A stretch of DNA of 59,459 bases from Candidatus Micrarchaeota archaeon (GTDB lineage Archaea; Micrarchaeota; Micrarchaeia; Anstonellales; SKW190), in contig JAOAJI010000001.1 of NCBI GenBank assembly GCA_026414265.1, positions 4,009-63,467 of the forward strand, given 5' to 3'. Position numbers and translations under genes: made by a program. A model generated the notes under the pieces. The model saw only the letters and a program-made list of their open reading frames with translations. It was not told where the DNA came from and searched no databases. This document shows positions 52,336 through 59,459 of the stretch, piece by piece. The number at the start of each line of letters is the position of its first letter. Within the stretch, counting starts at the first letter, position 1.

Positions 52336-53976
52336 ATGTATGAATTACTAATGAAAAGTAAGGCAAAAAAAAACTCATCTATAGTTGTAATAATAATATT
52401 GTTTCTTGCCAACTTACTTTTATCACAAGTATCTCTAACTTTGGACAAAAGCGTTTATTACAGAGGAGAAGTTATTTATCTTAACATAACCAACGTAGGT
52501 AATTCTAATTATTCGTTTTCTCAATGCAGTAATTTCCTAATACCACTAGTTTTTCGAATATACGATAAAGACGGTAATCAGATTCATCTGTTTGACCAAA
52601 GAAACGTGTCTTGCACTACCTTTGTTCTAGAACCTAATGATTATATTTACTTTGCATGGAACCAAGAAAATTTTGTGAACAACCAATTCTACAATAATTT
52701 AAAGAGTGGTATTTATACAGTTAGAGTTATCGACTCAAATGGTAAGGTCATAAACACAACGAACTTCAGAATAGTAGAACCTCAGGCAGATAGAATAGTT
52801 TTCAGAGCAAGTAAAAAGAACTACATGAAAGGGGAAAAAATCGAATTTCTTATAATAAATAACGCAACTTATGACGTAGAATACTTGACATGCAATCTGG
52901 ATTTGAAGATCTACGATAAATACAATGCACAACTGAACATCCATAAGCCAAATTTTAAGTGCAACGCAGACACAAAGAAAGTAAGTAAAAATAGCGTAGA
53001 AGTAGTAGCTTCATGGAACCAGGAATTTTATGACCTAAGAGCAAATACGTTCATAGCAGAACCTGGAGATTATAGAGCCGAATTCCTGGGTTTTTCAACC
53101 TCATTCACCATTCTCCCTGAAGAAGAACTCGGAAAAAAATTTTCTATCAGGACAAACAAATACCAATATGAGAATAACGAAGAGGTTGAGATATACTTGA
53201 CTAACTTGGGAAACATTAACATACAGTTTTCTGTTTGCGGAATAAATGAACTAAAAATCTTTGACGAGAACAGAAAACAATTGAGACTACATGAAAAAGA
53301 ACTGATCAATTGTCAAGCAAAAGCTACTGTTTTACCTGGCAAGACAGTTACATTAGCAACATGGAACTTAACACATTACCTGTGTGATCAAAACAATAAA
53401 TGCTACAGATACAAGGTGCCAGGAGGAAAATACTACATACAATTTGAAAATAACGAAATAGAAATCATGGTAAAAACAAGGTCTGATGAAACCATAAAAG
53501 AAAAGCCGCCATTCCCTTCTCTAAACAATTTCAAGTTATTTAACATAACGCTGAAAAACGGATGGAATATGATAAGTTTACCTATGATAGGACAAAAAAG
53601 TATAATTTCAAACAATTGTTCAACTGAAGTTGTTTTCGAATTCACTAAAAACAGTTTCGAAATAAGGAACATAAGCAATTTAGAGCACAACAAAGGCTAC
53701 TTCGCATATAACTTTGCTAACGAGTGCACCATAACCTTTATAGGGAATAATTACTTAACGAAATCAGCTTATTCATATAAACTCAATAAGGGCTGGAACT
53801 TGATAGGAAGTTCTTACGATGTGATAAGAAAAGAAGAGCTCAAAGGTTGCAGTATTTTGTCTAACATCATAACCTATTCTAATGTCAACAAAGACTATGT
53901 AAAAGCAGATTACCTAGAACCTGGAAAAGCATACTGGATTCTGGTTAACAATGATTGTGACCTAAAGATAGGTTAA
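52336..53976 (+). CDS. Secreted/surface protein with three Ig-like (BsuPI-like) repeats and a C-terminal GWN-repeat domain
   Basis: Signal peptide; three ~110-aa repeats (K..Y..GE.I....N...C...IYD...C...WN...G.Y); LKNGWNMIS, LNKGWNLIG, LEPGKAYWI. Confidence 0.7.
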   Translation: MYELLMKSKAKKNSSIVVIIILFLANLLLSQVSLTLDKSVYYRGEVIYLNITNVGNSNYSFSQCSNFLIPLVFRIYDKDGNQIHLFDQRNVSCTTFVLEPNDYIYFAWNQENFVNNQFYNNLKSGIYTVRVIDSNGKVINTTNFRIVEPQADRIVFRASKKNYMKGEKIEFLIINNATYDVEYLTCNLDLKIYDKYNAQLNIHKPNFKCNADTKKVSKNSVEVVASWNQEFYDLRANTFIAEPGDYRAEFLGFSTSFTILPEEELGKKFSIRTNKYQYENNEEVEIYLTNLGNINIQFSVCGINELKIFDENRKQLRLHEKELINCQAKATVLPGKTVTLATWNLTHYLCDQNNKCYRYKVPGGKYYIQFENNEIEIMVKTRSDETIKEKPPFPSLNNFKLFNITLKNGWNMISLPMIGQKSIISNNCSTEVVFEFTKNSFEIRNISNLEHNKGYFAYNFANECTITFIGNNYLTKSAYSYKLNKGWNLIGSSYDVIRKEELKGCSILSNIITYSNVNKDYVKADYLEPGKAYWILVNNDCDLKIG

Positions 53977-53979
53977 AAT

Positions 53980-54663
53980 ATGGAAAGTAAATTCGCAATG
54001 ATTGAAAATAACTTAAACAATATTAACTTAAAGGTTAGAGAGGCATGCGAATACTACAACATCGACTTTAATAAAGTAAAGATCTTGCCTGTAACCAAGT
54101 TCGTTAAAGATAGAGAAATCTTTGAGTTCCTAATTTCTAAAAACTACAAAGAATTTGGAGAGAATTATTACCAAGAACTCGAACAAAAAGCTAATTTGAT
54201 GAAAAATGTAACCTTTCATTTCATCGGGCACATACAATCAAACAAAGTAAAAAAGCTTTGTCAAATTAGTAATCTAAAATACGTGCACTCGCTATGTAGA
54301 AAAAAAATCGCTGAACTATTTGCGCATTACCAAGAGCATCAAATCAAATTTTTCATTCAAGTGGATTACACAAAAAAAGAAAACAGGAATGGAATAGAAG
54401 AAGATAAAGTGTTTGAGTTCTATGATTATTGCAAATCTTTGGGATTGGACATAATTGGCTTAATGACTTATCCTTTGGAACATCAAGCAGAAGAGAGTTA
54501 CTCTAAACTCTCTGAACTAAAGAAAAAATTGGAGAAAGAAAAGAGAGCCAAAGTATTGTTATCTGCTGGAACAAGCAGTGATTTTGAATTAGCTATAAAA
54601 TACAATACAGACATACTCAGAATAGGAAGAGCTATTTTCAAAAACATAAGTAATAACTTTTAG
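53980..54663 (+). CDS. yggS: PLP homeostasis protein (YggS family)
   Basis: PVTK, FGENYYQE, FHFIGHIQSNK, GLMT, LSAGTSSDF, RIGRAIF. Confidence 0.92.
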   Translation: MESKFAMIENNLNNINLKVREACEYYNIDFNKVKILPVTKFVKDREIFEFLISKNYKEFGENYYQELEQKANLMKNVTFHFIGHIQSNKVKKLCQISNLKYVHSLCRKKIAELFAHYQEHQIKFFIQVDYTKKENRNGIEEDKVFEFYDYCKSLGLDIIGLMTYPLEHQAEESYSKLSELKKKLEKEKRAKVLLSAGTSSDFELAIKYNTDILRIGRAIFKNISNNF

Positions 54664-55313
54664 CGCTTCTCAAGTGGAAAATATTCATGGAATTTGTCAA
54701 CCACGTCCTTGTAAGAACTCACAACAAATTTAGCGGATTTACTTACTTTTTCATCCTTTGGATTGTATGCAATAGAGATGTCTGCAGATTTAAGCATGCT
54801 TATGTCCTGGAGATTATCGCCTATCGCAACAGAAATATCTGCATTGAACTTGCTCTTTAGATCAGTTAAAAGTCTGCCTTTCCAGTCATTGGGAGAATAT
54901 TTTCCATACACGGGCAAAACTTCTTTTAGTTTGTTATCAGATAATACAAAGCTATGAGCATAAACAAAATCAAAACATAAATCATTTACCTTAATAAAAT
55001 GGTTTATCAAATCAAGATAACCATCAGATAATATACCTATTTTTGAATCTAATTCTCTGAATTTGTATATTAATTCCTTGACGTAAGGAATCAAATGCAT
55101 TTTTTCAGCAGCTTTTGATAAAATTGAACTCTCATAACCCAGTAACTCGTTAGCTATAAGAATGAATCTTTCTTTTGGATCAGAATTAATTAATAAACTC
55201 TCTAAATGTTTTCTTTTATTAATTATATCCCCAATAACACTTATCGATCTTGGTTCTGCAATAGTCTCATCAAAGTCAAAAACTACTAGTAACTTAACGC
55301 TTTTTGAACCCAC
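54660..55313 (-). CDS. HAD phosphatase, phosphoserine phosphatase (SerB)-like
   Basis: VFDFDETI, LSDG, WKG, AIGDNLQD. Confidence 0.78.
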   Translation of the reverse strand: MGSKSVKLLVVFDFDETIAEPRSISVIGDIINKRKHLESLLINSDPKERFILIANELLGYESSILSKAAEKMHLIPYVKELIYKFRELDSKIGILSDGYLDLINHFIKVNDLCFDFVYAHSFVLSDNKLKEVLPVYGKYSPNDWKGRLLTDLKSKFNADISVAIGDNLQDISMLKSADISIAYNPKDEKVSKSAKFVVSSYKDVVDKFHEYFPLEKR

Positions 55314-55366
55314 GGTTAACTATAATTGCGAAATTAATTAAATTACTTTTATCAATAAGGATTGTT

Positions 55367-57310
55367 ATGCACGTAAACGTAAAACTGCCTGATGGAAAAC
55401 TAATCAAAGTAGAAAAAGGAATAAGAATAATCGATTTGGCCAAACAGATCAGTAATAAACTTGCTTATGAAGGCATAGTTGCAAGGATGAACAATAAACT
55501 AGTTGATATGAGCACTATGATAACAGAAGACTCTGAACTAGAGATATTGTTGCCTGATAGCAAAGAAGGATTAGAAACTATTAGGCACTCCTGCTCACAT
55601 GTTATGGCTCAAGCTATACTCAGGCTATACCCTGATGCACAGCTAACAATAGGTCCTGTAGTAGAAGATGGCTTCTATTACGATATTTATCTGACACATA
55701 ACTTTACTCCAGAAGATTTGAAGAAAATCGAACAGGAAATGGAAAACATAATCAAAGAAGACCAACCTTTTGAAAGAGTAGAACTAGCAATAGACGACGT
55801 AATTAATCTTTATTTGGACAACCAATTCAAACAAGAAATAATCGAAGAACTAAGAAAAGATGGCCACAAAATGATATCTGTTTATTATAACAGAAAAACT
55901 AACAAATCACCAACTAACGCAAAAGAATTCTATGACATGTGCACAGGACCACACGTACCATCAACAGGCAGAATCAAGGCTTTTAAATTGATGAAAGTAG
56001 CAGCTGCCTACTGGAGAGGTGATGCAAAAAACCAACAACTCCAAAGGATTTATGGAACCGCTTTTGCTTCAAAAAAAGATCTCGAAGACTACGTCAAAAG
56101 GATAGAAGAGGCAGAGAAAAGGGACCATAGAAAGCTTGGCAAAGAACTCAACCTCATAATGATGCATGAATTCGCTCCTGGTATGATATTCTTCCTGCCA
56201 AAAGGGTTCATAATAAGACAAGAACTTGAAAATTTCATAAGAGAAGAACAGAAGAAAAGGAATTACCAAGAAGTAAGAACCCCAATAATATTGAACGAAA
56301 AGCTCTGGCACATTTCTGGGCACATACAGCACTACAAGGAAAACATGTACTTCACTAATATAGACGAGCAGTCTTATGCAATAAAACCAATGAACTGCCC
56401 AGGGCATATGCTCATATTCAAGAACCAAGCAAGGTCCTACAGGGAACTCCCTCTGAGAATTTCTGAAATGGGATTGGTGCATAGGCACGAGCTCTCTGGA
56501 GTTCTAACAGGAATGGTGAGAGTAAGGTCATTTGTACAAGATGACTCACACATCTTCATAGCTAAAGAGCAAATTGAAGAAGAAGTCTTGAACGTGATCA
56601 ATTTAGTAAAAACTGTTTTGGAAGTGTTCAACTTCGAGTACCACGCAGAATTATCCACGAGACCTGAAAAATTCATGGGTGATTTAGAAACTTGGAATTA
56701 TGCTGAACAAGCTTTGAAAAATAGCTTGGAAAAAGCACAGCTCAAATACACTATAAACGAAGGTGATGGAGCATTTTACGGACCTAAAATAGACTTCAAA
56801 GTCAAAGATGCAATAGGAAGGGTTTGGCAACTCTCTACAATACAACTCGATTTCCAGATGCCAAAGAAGTTCGAGCTCAATTACGAAGGCAAAGACGGAA
56901 AACAGCATACACCTATAGTCATACACAGAGCAGTTTTCGGGTCGTTTGAAAGGTTCATAGGTATTTTGATAGAACATTACTCTGGGAAATTTCCTGTATG
57001 GTTAAGCCCTGTGCAAATAGCCCTACTGCCTATATCAGATGAATACTTGGATTATGCAAAAGAACTGGAAAAAAAGTTCAAAGACAAGGGATTCAGAGTT
57101 GTTCTAAACGACAAACAAGAGACCATAAACGCTAAGATTAGAGATGCTCAACTAGAAAAAATACCTTACATGTTGGTCATAGGCAAAAAGGAGAAAGAAA
57201 CACACAGATTGACTGTTAGAGAAAGAAACGGAAAACAATACGAACTCGAAGAAGAAGAGTTCGTGAACAAAATAGAACTGATGATTAAACAAAAAAAGAA
57301 CATAGAATGA
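55367..57310 (+). CDS. thrS: Threonyl-tRNA synthetase, bacterial type
   Basis: TGS domain, editing motifs RHSCSH and DMCTGPHV, RDHRKLG, KPMNCPGH, AFYGPKID, IHRAVFGSFERF; start ATG 55367. Confidence 0.97.
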   Translation: MHVNVKLPDGKLIKVEKGIRIIDLAKQISNKLAYEGIVARMNNKLVDMSTMITEDSELEILLPDSKEGLETIRHSCSHVMAQAILRLYPDAQLTIGPVVEDGFYYDIYLTHNFTPEDLKKIEQEMENIIKEDQPFERVELAIDDVINLYLDNQFKQEIIEELRKDGHKMISVYYNRKTNKSPTNAKEFYDMCTGPHVPSTGRIKAFKLMKVAAAYWRGDAKNQQLQRIYGTAFASKKDLEDYVKRIEEAEKRDHRKLGKELNLIMMHEFAPGMIFFLPKGFIIRQELENFIREEQKKRNYQEVRTPIILNEKLWHISGHIQHYKENMYFTNIDEQSYAIKPMNCPGHMLIFKNQARSYRELPLRISEMGLVHRHELSGVLTGMVRVRSFVQDDSHIFIAKEQIEEEVLNVINLVKTVLEVFNFEYHAELSTRPEKFMGDLETWNYAEQALKNSLEKAQLKYTINEGDGAFYGPKIDFKVKDAIGRVWQLSTIQLDFQMPKKFELNYEGKDGKQHTPIVIHRAVFGSFERFIGILIEHYSGKFPVWLSPVQIALLPISDEYLDYAKELEKKFKDKGFRVVLNDKQETINAKIRDAQLEKIPYMLVIGKKEKETHRLTVRERNGKQYELEEEEFVNKIELMIKQKKNIE

Positions 57311-57828
57311 TAACAATATCGGCCTTCTTTAGAATCATGTATTCATGCTTTGAAGTCTTGCTGATATGATGTTCTGTTTATTGGCTAGTTTATGTTCTAC
57401 TAATTGTTCATAATTTTGCGATTGAACTTCTTTAAGTCTTTTTCACAACCTCACGCTAAGGTAAATTTATTTTCTCTGTCATTATGCTTAGAAAATAGAA
57501 CATAATCGTGCCTTTAGTTAAAAAAGTTCATGAATGATTTCATGATCAACATCCAAAGACGTTTATTGATGAGCACCTTTAATGAAGACATAGTCATTGA
57601 CATAATAGTCACTTTTCAAACATATCTTTCTTAGGAAAGTTTTGAAGCAAAAGCATAGTAGACACAAGTATACATGTTCATAATACATAATATTATCACT
57701 AGCATCACATGAATATCTGCGAATACACTTGCATAGTTAGTAAAAAACTTAAAAATTTAGCTTTGGTATTGTGGTATTTGTTATACAAATACGATATTTT
57801 TTTAAAACTTTTCCTGCTCTATAAGGAT

Positions 57829-58401
57829 ATGGAATCAAATGAGCTTGAACAAAAAATAGAAATGATGCTTAGTAGAATAAATGAACTGTACGATGAAGTT
57901 GTTAATCTAAATGTATATAAAAGAAACTCCTATGACGAATTCGTTAAAATTTGTGCTGACTTGTTATACTACATTAATAAATACAAAGATACTAGTAGTA
58001 TCATTTGGAACTCGAATCATGGCCATCTAGGATTGTTCATAAAAATAATGGAATTAGAATATGCCTTCTTTGTTAAATATCACAGAACGAATGCCTTACC
58101 TTGGTTCCTCGTAGCAGAATTCAGGCCTAAAATAAGAGACGTTGCAGAGGACATACTCATGTCTTACAAAGAAGAATACTGCCCAATACCTGGATTACAC
58201 GAATGGTGCAGACAATTACTTAAATACCTCAATAGAGTAATGACCAATGTTAACGCATTAGAATACGTTGACAAAGATTATGGAATTAAATTAGCAGAAA
58301 GCTTGAGATCCAGTTTAGAAAAAAATACGCGCTTTAAACAAGCCAATAATGATCGTCTTCATAAAAATAACTTAGATAAAAAAAACATACTCAGAAACTA
58401 A
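57829..58401 (+). CDS. Hypothetical helical protein
   Basis: Open frame; likely start MESNEL at 57829 after AAGGA. Confidence 0.6.
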   Translation: MESNELEQKIEMMLSRINELYDEVVNLNVYKRNSYDEFVKICADLLYYINKYKDTSSIIWNSNHGHLGLFIKIMELEYAFFVKYHRTNALPWFLVAEFRPKIRDVAEDILMSYKEEYCPIPGLHEWCRQLLKYLNRVMTNVNALEYVDKDYGIKLAESLRSSLEKNTRFKQANNDRLHKNNLDKKNILRN

Positions 58402-58421
58402 ATGCGTTATTCAACTAGTTC

Positions 58422-58985
58422 TTAAGATTTGCTGCTGATCTTAGACCTTGTTGATCTCATAACATGATAGTAGTACTCAATAACCGATTCGTAACCTGCT
58501 CTGTAATAATAGAAATAGAGAATTCGGATTATGTAATTATAAACAACAAATAAAATGAGAACATCCAAACCATAAACTAAAGAATAAGCAGGCAAAGCAG
58601 AAAAAATCGCTGTTAACATTCCAGTGAACACCGAAAAAAACGTAGTCCTGAAAGTATATTTGTCCTCGATAATACTTGGCTTGAAACTCTTAGGTAAATC
58701 ACCAACCCTGCTTTTAACTAAGAAATAACACTCCTTAACAGCATTGTTGAATAAGAACATACCAAAGATTCCTGTTATCAATGCCAGTAAAAATACCAGG
58801 CCGTTAGCATCTGCAAAATTGCCTTGGGCAATGCTAGGAAAAAGAACATACTTAACTATAACAAATATAAGAATAGTAACTATCATCGACGTCGTGATAA
58901 AATTATCCTGCTTTTTGTAAGTCTGCTTGGCGTGTTCGTAAAGCTCTTTCATACTTACAGGCGCTGCCACTGTCACTGCCACCAC
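58422..58985 (-). CDS. Hypothetical 4-TM membrane protein next to the CRISPR trailer
   Basis: Four hydrophobic segments; begins about 125 bp from the terminal repeat. Confidence 0.6.
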   Translation of the reverse strand: MVAVTVAAPVSMKELYEHAKQTYKKQDNFITTSMIVTILIFVIVKYVLFPSIAQGNFADANGLVFLLALITGIFGMFLFNNAVKECYFLVKSRVGDLPKSFKPSIIEDKYTFRTTFFSVFTGMLTAIFSALPAYSLVYGLDVLILFVVYNYIIRILYFYYYRAGYESVIEYYYHVMRSTRSKISSKS

Positions 58986-59108
58986 ACTTCAAAACACACC
59001 AATTTCCACTTCCTTTCAGCATAAAAAACCAAAACTACCGCCACTAATCCGAAGCGCCCCATCTACTTCCTCATATCTTAAACTAATTCAACCACCAACA
59101 TTCAACAA

Positions 59109-59459
59109 CTTCAAGTCGTCTTTACATTGACAGGTCATGTTCTACTGAAAGAGTCTCAGTGGAAGGTCCTCACTGGTACAATAAGTGAGTCGCAGTCGTC
59201 TTTACATTGACAGGTCATGTTCTACGACCGGGCCGTAGCGTGCTCCATATAACCCAGTTTGTAGAAGTCGCAGTCGTCTTTACATTGACAGGTCATGTTC
59301 TACAACCTGTAATGCAAATTACAACTGCGACTTATGAGTGTCGCAGTCGTCTTTACATTGACAGGTCATGTTCTACTGGTGTTAGAGAGTTGAAGAGGGT
59401 GTTTTTTAACACAAAGTCGCAGTCGTCTTTACATTGACAGGTCATGTTCTACTTTGAAA
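59109..59459 (-). CRISPR. CRISPR array (trailer end; continues beyond the window), 37-nt repeat GTAGAACATGACCTGTCAATGTAAAGACGACTGCGAC on the minus strand
   Basis: Repeats at 59109-59145 (degenerate), 59189-59225, 59267-59303, 59340-59376 and 59416-59452; spacers of 43, 41, 36 and 39 nt. The degenerate left repeat and a hairpin followed by an 8-nt ACTGCGAC handle indicate minus-strand transcription. Confidence 0.96.

Noticed and set aside
57392..57400. ATGTTCTAC matching the CRISPR repeat end (possible tracrRNA or solitary repeat)
   Set aside because: A 9-nt match without extension is expected by chance in 59 kb.
59143..59188. CTGAAAGAG plus hairpin in spacer 1 as a hammerhead ribozyme fragment
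   Set aside because: It does not match the CUGANGA core exactly, no GAAA follows the stem, and the leading C belongs to the repeat.
59207..59437. 76-aa ORF with repeated LTGHVL
   Set aside because: It is a translation of the CRISPR repeats, not a gene.

Overview
AT-rich archaeal chromosomal segment. Archaeal markers are the thermosome, MCM, Rpo6, L15e, L40e, Pop5/Rpp30, ScpA and tRNAs with bulge-helix-bulge (BHB) introns. An intron-containing tRNA-Ile(UAU), strongly diverged housekeeping proteins and scattered metabolic genes suggest a DPANN (Micrarchaeota-like) lineage; this is inference, not a database result. The window holds about 45 CDS, 4 tRNAs (Ser-GGA and Ile-UAU with introns, Gln-UUG, Glu-UUC), a UvrD/tyrosine-integrase scar and the trailer end of a CRISPR array (37-nt repeat, 5 repeats, no cas genes in the window). 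Top observations: (1) CRISPR spacer 3 is an inverted, structurally conserved variant of the array's own repeat, so the crRNA would be antisense to a repeat-like RNA. (2) A coupled operon encodes a hypothetical protein, a tandem double-AAA+ MoxR/midasin-like ATPase and a 1293-aa HExxH/vWA protein, followed by two ankyrin-repeat genes. (3) A small winged-helix gene is bracketed by a GC-rich 13-bp inverted repeat and preceded by 11-bp-phased CATG repeats (origin-like or autoregulatory). (4) Two paralogous ~700-aa unknown membrane proteins occur, one split by two homopolymer frameshifts. (5) A reductase/cyclase-like/squalene-synthase isoprenoid cluster is present. All calls come from manual motif reading; no searches were run.
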